A DNA stretch of 64,000 bases from Nymphaea colorata (lineage: Eukaryota). Numbering within the stretch: the stretch's first letter is position 1; every line of letters starts with the position of its first letter. The notes below the pieces were generated by a model. It searched no databases, had not been told where the DNA came from, and worked only from the letters and a program-made list of their open reading frames with translations. A program made the position numbers and the translations under genes. This document shows, in pieces, positions 39,101 to 50,684 of this stretch. The stretch covers positions 39,928,001 to 39,992,000 of the forward strand of contig NC_045138.2 in NCBI RefSeq assembly GCF_008831285.2, in the 5' to 3' direction.

Positions 39101-42100
39101 AAAATATGTAAAATGCAGGATAAACTAGTGCTTAAGGATTTCAACATAGAAGATGCTGCTAATGGACCTGGCAAGGCTGTTACTAAGAAATTCTCTGCCA
39201 ATGTGACAAGTGGAGTTCTAAGGATCCATTTCTTTTGGGCTGGGAAAGGCACCACTGTGGTACCACTGAGAGGAGACTATGGTCCTTTAGTGTCTGCCAT
39301 TTCAGTTGATGCTGGTAGGACTCTTTTCCTCTTCTTGACTTTAAGATATAAATGGACCTCATACATGCAGATCAGGAGTTGTTAGGTTAAGAGAAACCAA
39401 GGATAATTGCTGACAGAATTGGTTGCATAGTTGCAACGGTGATGAACATTAGATCATTAAGGTAGACAAGGAAGAGAAATAACTTGGTTAAAATGAAGGT
39501 CAAAATCTCAACTATCATGACAAACTCGGTTTTAAACAGTTTTAGAATTCATTTACGTGTGTGTTTCATTACTTCATACTTAAAATCCAAGGATTTGATG
39601 TGGATGTAGTACGGCATTTTCTTTACTCATGTGGCAAAACATTCATTGTAAAATCCATAGTTGATCAGACTAGGAATTTTAAATCTACACTCAAAATCCT
39701 TATTCTACCTTCTTAAAGGTCAGATTTAAGTTCAGATGGGGAAGGGTCCGATCTTAAATTCACGGTTTTCAAAAACATCTTAGGCATTTGATTACTTCAG
39801 ATTTGAAATTTACGGATCTGATGTGAAACTAATGTGGTATGCTTTTGTTGATGTGGCAAACGATCCATGATAAAATCTATAGTTCATCAAAGTAAAATCT
39901 TAAAATGAAACCCAATATCCAAACTTAGAACCACAGTTTTACAGTTTTACTTTGAGAAAATGTATGATTTAAGATCAAGAGGGGCTCTGATCTTAAATCT
40001 ATGGATCTCAATAACAGAGAATTTTAGATCGGGGCAATCAAAAGCCCCCTTAGTTTCTAGTCTTCATGACAAGAGTCGATATTGGTGCATAGTTTGCCGA
40101 AGTAGAAAAATTCAATTTAGGCCTTCGCAGCGTGCCTAAGTTTGAACCAGCTTCTTGCCACCCGCTCTACAGGGTAGATGTAGCATGATTCTCGCACTAT
40201 TTGTGTATCTTCACCACGCACCTACAAATAAACTCGAATGCATATGCGCATGCAAAAATGATGAATTTTAATGATCTTAACTGCTGATGAATTTCATTTT
40301 ATAAAATACAATAATTTAAAGCCTTTAATTTAATGCTACCCTCGTAGTTCATGATAAATTTGATAATTATCATAAGATGGAGTCATTCATCTAAGGCTAG
40401 GGTAAGTGTTCAATAAAATACAATGCGTATTTGCGTTTCAAAGATATAGATATGAACAAAGGCAAGCATTACATTTCTATAGTATTGAACATGTGCAGGA
40501 GAGAGAGAGAGAGAGAGAGAGAGTCTAGTTTTAGTTTTCATGCCGCTAAATTTGCACTTTCTAGAGCTACAGTGGTACCTGCTTACATTTTCAATGACTA
40601 ATCAGTCTCTTCTTTCTGGGCATGCCTGATGGTGAAGACTTCGTACCTCCAAAGACCATTGAGAAAAATACCACCAAAATTATTGTGATTGTCGTTGCGT
40701 CGATTGGAGTGCTGTTGCTCCTAATTCTGGGAAGCCTTTGCGTATTCTCAGTACTCAAGAGAGGTAAGAATAGATCAGGATCCGTGGAATAACTTTTTTA
40801 CGTGACGTCATATTTACAAATGAAATAACTTTTACGTGACGTCACCTTTACAAGCTCTTCTTCAAAGGAAAAGAACAGGCGAAACGACAGTGGTTCCGAG
40901 GATATTTGCTAAATGTTTCTTCCATGTGCAGGTTTTGGAGAACGTGATAGAAGTAGTACTTTCACCTTGCGCCAAATACAGGCTGCTACAAGGAACTTTC
41001 ATCCTTCCAACAAGATCGGACAAGGTGGATTTGGGTTAGTGTACAAGGTATGTATGACTTCAAAACAATGAAAGAGAAAATAAACGCGTCTGTATGGCAA
41101 CCTGGTCAAAGACATATCAGGTTTTTTCGAAATAAGTGTTTTATCAGTTATTTTCCCTTTATATAAGAATTCATCAAGAAATCCAAACAAAGCAAAAATT
41201 CTGCAACAAAACCGCTCATTCCTGGTAATGCGAGGGAAACCATCGAGAAGCTACTGCACATCGTAAAGATTCATGACATTAGTAGAGCTATTCCCCCATT
41301 TGGTTATGATAACGAAGACATCCCCGTTTGGCCCTGGCATTGGAGAAATGCAATAAATAATTATCATTGCCCAATTTCCCATGTCCTCTAAAACATGCTG
41401 CGATTGTATGCCATTGTTTGGGGCTTGTTCTTCTCTTTCTCATGAGGGTTGCTCTTTCTGAAGCACATGTCACTCTAATTTGAGCAAGTGTAAATATTGG
41501 TAGCTTTTGATGGTTAATGTAACTTGAACATCTTGCTTATTGTTGTTGCTACTGTGTTCTTTTGGAAAAAAAAAAGGACTGTACTAAATGTTAACTGAGT
41601 GCAGCTTAAAACGGTGAAGATAGTTGCAGACGGACAAATTATAGTCTTTCAGAATTCTACCATACGTATCAATATCCTCATTGACTTAACACGTGAAGTG
41701 ACAGTGCAAAATTTCTTCTGTACAATGCAGGGACAGCTACCAGATGGGACCATTGTTGCAATAAAGCAGCTGGCACCCAAATCGCGGCAAGGAAACCGTG
41801 AATTTATCACCGAGATGGGCATGATTTCAGCATTGCAGCACCCAAATCTAGTAAAGCTTCACGGTTGTTGCATTGAAGGCAATGAACTCTTACTGGTCTA
41901 CGAGTACATGGAAAACAATTCCCTTGCTCATGCTTTGTTTGGTACGCTTGAAGATCGCAAGAACTCTAGTTACTTCCGCTTACTCGTTTCCCTTCTTGCT
42001 TTAATTAATTTGTTTATGGATGTGCTTTCTTTTGCAAAATCGAAGCAGAAAATGGGCTGAAACTGAACTGGCCTACACGCCGTAAAATATGCATTGGAAT

Positions 42101-42366
42101 TGCTAAAGGTCTGGCATATCTCCATGAGGAATCTAGACTGAAGATAGTTCACAGAGACATAAAAGCTTCAAATATTCTGCTCGACAAGGATCTGAATGCC
42201 AAAATTTCTGACTTCGGCCTGGCCAAACTTGATGAAGATGAGAATGCCCTGAACAACACCCGAATAGTTGGAACTCAGTAAGTTGCCAATGTTCCCTTTT
42301 CTTTCACAAAAGCCAATCCTTCTGATGTTCTGTGGGTATGTGTAAGTGTGGGTTTGTGGTGCGTGC

Positions 42367-42415
<49 letters not shown>

Positions 42416-43511
42416 GCTTGCAACCTATGAACATTACTTTGCACTTGGTTTTTTTTGACGTTGTGTGGATCATAGTCTCACCATTGACTCGTCGCCAAAA
42501 GTGATAAGCTACCTCACTTCCACAATGAAGTAGCCTGTGGAATACATGTTCCTATGAGAAGAGAACGAAAGGCTTGTATATTAGACGTAGAGTTCTCAAC
42601 TTTCATTTAAAAAATGAATTGTACTTCACCCCTGCATAAAAGCCATTGTCCTCTAAATTTTCCCAAAAAGAAAACAAGTATGGTACAACAAAAAATGCCT
42701 TTAAGATACTACTGTTTCCTCATGTTGACAAGGTTTCCCTATATTCATACTTCATCGTGCTGCTAACATCCTATCTTTGCAGGGGCTACATGGCACCTGA
42801 ATATGCCCTGCATGGCGAACTGACATGTAAAGCAGATGTTTATAGTTTTGGTGTTGTTGCTCTTGAAATAGTTAGTGGAAAAAGCAACAAAATGAAGCAC
42901 TCAAGAGAATGCATGTACCTGCTGCAATTGGTACGCTACTTCACTCTACTCAAATATCCAATTGCATTAACTGTCCCTTCTCTATCAACAATGACACCGT
43001 CCTTCGACAGACATACCGCCTTAAAGAAACAGGAGATCTCCTGAAGCTTGTGGACCCAGAGTTGGGTGCAAACTTCTCTAAGGAGGAAGCCCTGGTTATT
43101 CTGAATGTGGCTTTATTGTGCACCAATGCTTCGCCTTCACTTCGGCCCGATATGTCAAAGGTGGTGGACATGATTGAGGGTAAAATTCTCATTGATCCTC
43201 AATCTGTGTGTTCTATTGAAAAGGTGGATAGCACCATTATCCACTTTAGCGAACCTCAACACAGCTGGACGCTGGACAACAGCCAAGAAGGACCATGGAC
43301 CAGGAATACCGCATCATCAATTTCAATGGCGAGCAAGGAATCCACAAAAGATGGACAGACTGTAACAGAAATCTCTGAGGACCTGCATCCAAAGGACGCA
43401 GAACTAGATTATCCTCGCAATCATCCCAATTATGTGATGAGCCAAACTCGCAAGAAATCATCCCCATGGGGCCCATGTTGTTCCGGTGGTAAGGCGCAAC
43501 AATCTCCATGA
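33129..43511 (+). CDS. LRR-malectin receptor-like kinase, copy 2, 24 exons, apparently intact (in-frame upstream ATGs at 33078, 33111, 33114)
   Basis: [34 protein letters not shown] | [26 protein letters not shown] exons; malectin (~38670-39314); TM (~40680-40750); kinase [50 protein letters not shown]; stop at 43509-43511. Confidence 0.95.
35055..35460. mobile_element. Degenerate hAT-like relic in RLK2 intron 2, with a counterpart at 52075-52480 in RLK3
   Basis: Starts TAGATATGTCAA / TAGATGTTAA; GGAT/ATCC-rich; collinear in both paralogs. Confidence 0.55.
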
Positions 43512-44549
43512 ACCAATAAGGAATCTGTACTTGGGAATGTTCTTATGGTGCATATACACATTTTGATTTACATAACTGGGCTTTACATCTTGACGGAAGA
43601 TTCTATGCGATAGAAAATGACTGCCTTGTTTGGGTTTGACATACAAGTAAGCCAATAATTCTAGTCTGATTTCCCATACTACGGTTCAATTTTGTTCCAC
43701 AATTATTGAAGGCATTTATGCCTGTTTCAAGGTCTTTTTATGTATAATGTGTGGATCCACAAATGTTGACTCAGCCTTCTGAGCCACTTTCTTTCTGGGG
43801 GGGGCATTATAATAACATTTTAAACTTCAACATACAAAATGTAGCCTAATTCATGGTGCTATTGAGTTTCATTAGTATATCAGGATGCGCCAATTTGAAC
43901 TGTCAGACTTCCATAAATTACTGATCCAACGACGAGGGATTGGAAGGTTTGAGAACAAGCATTCATATTTATGTACGATCATATCTGTAACTTATAAACA
44001 GGTGATCAGCAGAATTAATGTTCATACAGTTTCCGTGCTTCATGTCTTTGAATCTTCCAAGTATCTCTATTTGCTTCACAACAGGATATCTCAACTTCTA
44101 TGTGATTCTTTGTTGCCTCCAATTGGGAAAATGATTATTTTGTTTAAAACAGTCGGAAAGAAACTTCTTGTACGTAGTGACAAACCTTCAGACAGATTAA
44201 TAGGATAACGATCACAAGCCTATGAAAAATTATTCAACGTCAATTTCGCTCGGTCTCCATCCTTCCTAAGTTTCCCCAGTAAGTTTTCACAGGCTCTGTT
44301 CTATGCATCTTTCGCACATATACATTCATTAGTTTCAAACTTTAGAAACTGTATACGAGATATGAGAAGAAATCAACAGAACTCCAATCAAACTTTTGGT
44401 TGACCACCTGCACTTTTCGAAACCTCCAAAGAGGCGTACCAATTTCTCAAGTTAAGCTCTAGATCTAAACAGAAACCTTCAGATGCTAGACAAACTAAAA
44501 CTAAGCAGCTTTCTATAGTACCTTGTCATGCGCTTTATCCCTCAGCCCA

Positions 44550-44841
44550 AGCATCAGCCGCTTTGTGGAGTAAAAGTGATAGACCTATAGCGGTGAAACT
44601 TTCACCGCTGTAGGCCTCTTGACTATTAGAAAAAAAACTCGAGTAACGATTATTCTCAGTAGTGGAGGTTATGGACCTTCGGCTACTTGGCTAGTAGCTA
44701 GGGCAGAAAGAAACAAACAAACAATAAAAAGGGAACTCACAATAAAATTGATCTTCCATAGTTGAAATCCTCTCTTTTGCGATATAATCTGAAATAAAAT
44801 AAGTTATAAAAAATAAGTATATAAAACACATGGAAATAGAG

Positions 44842-44889
<48 letters not shown>

Positions 44890-46010
44890 GTCTTTCTTTT
44901 TTCTTGCAGCATTTATGTAATTTCTTGCGCCTAAATACATAGCCATTTGGAGCACAAGCATATAGCCAACTTGATTTGAATCTACATTTTTGGTTCTTTT
45001 ATTTGAGTTTTTGAAGGTGCATTTGTTAAACCATGAGGTCCAACAAAATGAAGATTTCAGATTTGAGATTCGATGGGAAACAAACACAACATAAGTTCTC
45101 GGAAAAAAGAGAACTTGGTTTTGTGTCAAAATTGGTGAATATTGCAAGCTATATTCTAGATCATTGAATCTATTCATAAACATATTAAATGAGGAGTACG
45201 GTAAGGCTTTTTTTTAGCGTTTATGATGAAGGTGAGTCTCAACCACCAAACTTGTGGAAGTAATATCATGATAGCTCAAGCCACATGGCCAAGTCGACCT
45301 TATGAGCTTGAGAATAGGATCGATGTGTCGAATATTAAGAAACTTTTAAGTGAAACACTTATTCCGCAGATTACCAATCTTGAAAAAGGAAAAAGAAAAG
45401 AAAAAAAGAAAATGAGGGGGAAAAAGAAAGAAAATAAGATGGTAGAGAGTGAGAGAGATACCAATAAAATTGAGAAAACAAGGAAGAGAAAGTGTGAAAA
45501 AGTGGATGGCACGCCTATTTTTATAACCTCACTATAGATTTTCTCAAGGTAATGTTTTTGCGTCAGTAAAAGTTTAAGTAAGGGTGGTAAAGAAATGACG
45601 GGGGGGGGGGGGGGGATTTAAATATTTAGCCATTAGTGACTGGCTTTATTGCAGCGTTTCCAATAATTAGATTTTTGAAATTTAAAAAAAAAAGCGGAAT
45701 ATAAAAAAATGATACTTTGACTAACGGATATGAAAAAAAAACGTCAGTGAATGTCATAACCTTTATTGACGTCCTCTACACAAACCGTAACTGGGAATGA
45801 AAAAAGCCAGATCCTTACTGACGATGGTCAATACCGTCAATATAGATCAACACCTTTATTGACGTTTAATAGCAGGGCGTGGAGGTTTCTATGGACCTCG
45901 GTGAAGTTTCCCACCGCTATAGAATTTCAGGCTCGGGTCGTCAGCTTTAGAGACGCTTTAATAAGCACGTCAGTTGATTGGCCTGCACGGCAGTTTGCAC
46001 TCCGTAGCAG
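44550..46010. mobile_element. Probable degenerate DNA transposon at the RLK2/RLK3 duplication junction
   Basis: Hairpin CCTATAGCGGTGAAACTTTCACCGCTGTAGG at 44584-44614 has an inverted relative at ~45899-45922; ACTGACG/ATTGACG repeat array at 45550-45980. Confidence 0.4.
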
Positions 46011-46776
46011 GTTTTGAAGGGAGATGTATACGAACATTTGATGCATGACCACAGATTGAGCGAGGAGTGGATGCAATTGGTCAACCTTTTAAATATATTT
46101 GAATGCAATGTCAACCTTTTTAAGTAGATTTGAATTATCAAAAGTCAAAGGTTCATCCCCAAGCTCTAAGAAACTGATTTTCATATTCGAATGGCATTTG
46201 ACAATCTTGAAATTTGCCAGAGTTTGATAAAATAATAAATTAAGCACAATGCTTTGCTAATTTATATATATATATATATATAATAGTGCCAGATCTAGTA
46301 CTTTTATAAAAGATGATAGTCCTAACTCTTGTCCCCTTTTCTCATCGAATGTTCACTTGTTAGAATATTAAAAACTAAAAGATTAATATCAAGATGCAAA
46401 TGAATTTGGCAAGTAAAGGAATTTCGATATGTGTCCTCATATTAAACAATTCATTTGGACTGAAGTTGGATTTGAATAAGACTGGATTATGTAGAATTGG
46501 ATCCAAATCCATATCATTGATCATGATACCCTACATATCCAATCCGTTGCCTGGTAAAAAACATTTTCCGTCTTATGTAAAAGGTTGACACGGATCAAAT
46601 ATTAGTTCAGACACAAAGAATATTCAATTACTGAACCAATGAATACCGTGAAACGGACTCTAATGCATTTCAGATCTTTACGTGCAAGTAATAGTTATAT
46701 TGGACTTATGTATCTGCTCTTGCAGCGATTATCCGTATCATTTTTAATCTATTGGTGGCCTTCCATGGGATCCAAT

Positions 46777-47205
46777 CATTGTCACAAATATCGTTCTCAG
46801 ATTTTTAATGGTGAGATTTTTCTCGATTTTTTCAACGGCAAAGTTGTTTTTTTCGGAAAAACTCGGATAGTTTAAAAAATAAATAAATATATATGAAATA
46901 AATGAGAAACTAATAGGAAAGCATAAACAAAGCTATATAACAGTGATAAAAAGGAATGTTTTAATGATAATAAAAATAATGAAAATAATTCAGTTTAAGT
47001 CTATAGGTGAATCCATGATAATATCAATGCTGAAAAATAAACATTTGAAAGAATAGGAAAAAATCGAGAAAAAACATAAAAATGTGATAATAACGAGACA
47101 AGTATTTTTTCCCGTTTTTTCAAAATGTCGTGATTTTTCACTTTTTTCATTTTTTGGTGTTCATATCGTGATATTTTCGAAAAGTTCACGATATCTGTGA
47201 CACTT
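46777..47205. mobile_element. hAT-type MITE
   Basis: TIRs CATTGTCACAAATATCGT...ACGATATCTGTGACACTT; 8-bp TSD GATCCAAT / GATTCAAT. Confidence 0.7.
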
Positions 47206-47659
47206 GATTCAATTAGCAATTTGTATGTTTATGTCAACTGACATGTCGCACTTACTTTTTTTAGTGTTTGCCAGTTGACTGTTTAATTTCCTTTAAAAAA
47301 AAAACTGATGACGCATGTGGATTTTTGAAATATTGAAAATATAAGAAAATTAATGAATACATATCTGATGTCTAAATTGAATTTGATGGACCGAGAAACT
47401 TAAGACCTTCAATTTTAAAATCCTTGCAAATTTTGGTATGCACATTAATTAGTCGGACTTTTCGTGTAAAGTTTTAGATATTCTGCATCGTTTCTTATGG
47501 TTGAACTTATAAAATGGTTGACTAGCCGACCCTCATCAGATGACAGACAAATTAAGCATTTTATATATGCGTATACATAATTTGTGAATGATCTCAGCTA
47601 TTTAATGGGGCTAATAAAATTAACTAACTTTTGAGAGAAATGTCAAAGGCTTGTATAAA

Positions 47660-48123
47660 TAGGGGTGAAAATCGAGGTCAAAGCTCCGCTTGTGAACGAG
47701 TTCAAGCTGAATTATTTGCTTAACGAGTCGTGCTCGAGTTCATGAGTCGATTCATTCAAATAATCGAGTTGAATTCGAGCTCAGCACATACGTAACTGCC
47801 TAGTCGAGCTCGAGCCTTAGTCAAGTCGATATATTCAAACGAGTTTATGAGTTTGTCGAGCCGTAATCGAGTTGAGCTTGAGCTCAACAGGTAACAATAG
47901 ATATAAATTTTATTTAAATGAGTTTGTCAAGTCTTAAACGAGTCGAGTTCGAGCTCAACATATAACAATGAATATCAATTCTATTCAAGCGAGTTTGTCG
48001 AACCTTAATCGGGTCAAGCTCGAGCTGCTTTCGTCCAGCTATTCTCGAGCTCGAGGTTTCATTAGTCGAGCCGAGCTCAAGCTGACTGAGCTCAGACTCT
48101 ACTCCACTCATGTTCACCCCCTA
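47660..48123. mobile_element. Non-autonomous hAT element
   Basis: TIRs TAGGGGTGAA...TTCACCCCCTA; perfect 8-bp TSD TGTATAAA (47652-47659, 48124-48131); many TCGAGC repeats. Confidence 0.88.
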
Positions 48124-48629
48124 TGTATAAATGAGATCTCTTGAGCAGAGAAAAAAAATGATGATATTTTTCACATTTCTTTAGAGTACCTAAGGTATGC
48201 ATTTTTCCTTTGCTAAGAGCGTCTTCACACATTGGTTTGTTGTTGGATGCCTTAGTAATTGACACAATTAACGTTACTCCACAGCAAACACGATGTTGGT
48301 ATTATATATGAGAACCACTGAATTTGAGAACTAGTCATGCACAAAATTACAGTTATACATATTATCAACTCAAAATGAAGAAGAAAACCCAAAAATGCAA
48401 GTATAATTAATTGTTATTTTGAAAGCTAAATCTTGATTTTATCTCCTTTTCCCGAACGGTTTCTATTAAATATGCAACAATTAGTGATTAATAAGTTAAA
48501 TAACGTGGTACAGATGGAAATTATAAGTCCGGCGAAACGAGCAGGCAGCTGGAGTTTTCTTATATAAGGAGATGCAAAGATTTAGTATCATAAGTACATG
48601 CCCATTTGTATTTCCTAACGTGTATTATG

Positions 48630-48631
<2 letters not shown>

Positions 48632-48689
<58 letters not shown>
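48632..48689. repeat. (TA)n microsatellite (others at 22623-22668, 22882-22912, 50654-50681; (GA)n at 14077-14105, 40498-40523; (GT)n(GA)n at 42367-42415)
   Basis: Directly visible. Confidence 0.9.
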
Positions 48690-48691
<2 letters not shown>

Positions 48692-49965
48692 CTGGCATAT
48701 GAAACTCAGGCCTGCGACTGCCTGCCCTATGACCTTCCCTTTTTCTCACTCAGAATACGTGCTGCTATCTTAAGAGTTAAGTGACTCTCTCTCTCATATG
48801 CTGACTTTCCGGTATCTTAATTGTTAAGTGACGCCATCTCTCTCTCTCACTCATACTCTACTGTGCTGAGTTTGACATATAGTTCAATTATCATTGGCTA
48901 CGTCTTTAGTAACATTGATGATTTCTCTTTCTTTTTCTCTCTCTATTCTATTCTGTTGTTTGGTGACGCTTTGTCACCGCAGTTTGAATGAATTTTCATT
49001 TTGTCTCTCTCTCTCATGTCATGTTGACTTTGAAGTTAAAAGCCTGTTGACAGAAATTTTTAACCAAATACGTGCTGCTATCTTCATGATTTCTCTACTG
49101 CACTATTTGCTTATGTGGGTGAGTGGGATGTTACTGCATCATCCAATGAATCAACCCTCCTTTCCCCTTGATCTCAAGGTCTAGCGCTGTGTCGAGGCCA
49201 CTAACCAAGCAATGAGATAACAACTTGTTGGGCGCTCGAATGAGTGTCAGTAGATCGGATTCAGATCAGATATACTTTTAATCATATCTAATTTTTAGAT
49301 AATTTCATGTTCATATTCGAATTTAAATTCAAATATGAACGAAGAAATCATATATGAATCAGTGTCTGAATCCAAAATCTGATTTTACAATTCAAATCGA
49401 ATACTAATCCAATTTTTAAGTTCACATCCGAATCAGAATTTGGAATCTGATCGATTTTTAAATGTGAGGGAGTTGGTATAAGATATTTGTTTCAAATTAA
49501 ATCTGATCCCAATCTGAATTTGAATTTGATCGGATACTTATGGGATCCAAATCTGATCACATGTCATTTCTTAAATTTAAATTTCGTAATTGGATATTAT
49601 TTTTTTATACCAAACGATTCAATCAAAATATCCGATATATTGACATTCCCACTTGCCGGTCTATCTGTGATAGACCAGCACCACGAGCAGAGTTGACAAT
49701 CGTGGTCCACGACTCCACTGTATTCACGAAGACTTAAGTTGTTGATTGAAAAACAAGTAAGATGCTTGCATATCCTCCTCGTCTTCCTGTTACCAAATAA
49801 ATTACATGGTTTCATGGCGGTTGCTGCGGCCGTCTTCCCGGGAGCATTTACGATTAATGCTGGTCCTGGTTTGCCAAGCATGAGCCGCTGAGAGGCAGGC
49901 GCAAGGCGGATGAATGAAGTAGCAGCGCCGACGGCGATGATGATGTGAAGCTCACGAAGAAGAAG

Positions 49966-50647
49966 ATGATGGGGAAGACCAGGCCTGTGATCGTCCTTCT
50001 CTACTTCTTCTTCCTCATCCTGTGCCCTTCTTCCTCCCAAACACCTACCAAGTTGCCGTCGGGCGAGGGTACGCGCCTTTGCTTCTTCTTTTCCTTATTC
50101 TTGACGTTCATGCGTTCCGAATCCTTTGAACTGCATCGTCATGAAACGTGAATGATTAGTAAGTTCATGAGTGAATCGCGAGCGACAATTTTTGCGCAGG
50201 ACTTGTTATAAGTTTATGCTCTAAGAATAATTACTCGAAACCAAAACGAAGGATTAGTTCATTCATTTTAGAAAAATATATCTTTTTTTTTTTTACACAA
50301 AAAGATAGATGATAGATGAAGATGACGATGTGATTAGGACAGAACTATCATCTTTAATCCATGAGAAAATATAGGAAAAACTTGATTTCTATGACCAACT
50401 TATTTGTTATAAATTGAGAGCAAACTGCCGGATATTGTTAAGTTTTAACTGTAAAGATTATACTTGACATCCTTAATCCAGGTTTGTTTTGAACTACAAA
50501 TACTCTTTCATACCGTTTAAAGGGGCTTCCTATATGAAACATCTCTTTCTCTAATTAATTGTCATCTAGCATAGCTGGTCAGACTGGTCCCATTCCTGTG
50601 GGCATTACATGTTGGCCGGTGCTGAGGTAAAAAGTCACGATGGTGGT

Positions 50648-50684
<37 letters not shown>

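Larger units (their letters stand above)
30850..44545 (+). repeat. Segmental tandem duplication unit containing RLK2 (paralogous to ~46030-60610)
   Basis: Collinear similarity in the upstream flank, introns and ~1 kb of 3' flank (43511-44545 vs 59561-60610). Confidence 0.9.

Noticed and set aside
47690..48100. TCGAGC repeat arrays (also 10015-10300) as a CRISPR-like array
   Set aside because: The short motifs are irregular and lie inside TIR/TSD-bounded hAT elements in plant DNA; there is no repeat-spacer periodicity.
49597..50040. 147-aa minus-strand ORF (and 32880-33203)
   Set aside because: It is antisense to the RLK leader and signal-peptide exon, and the frame is not maintained between the two copies.
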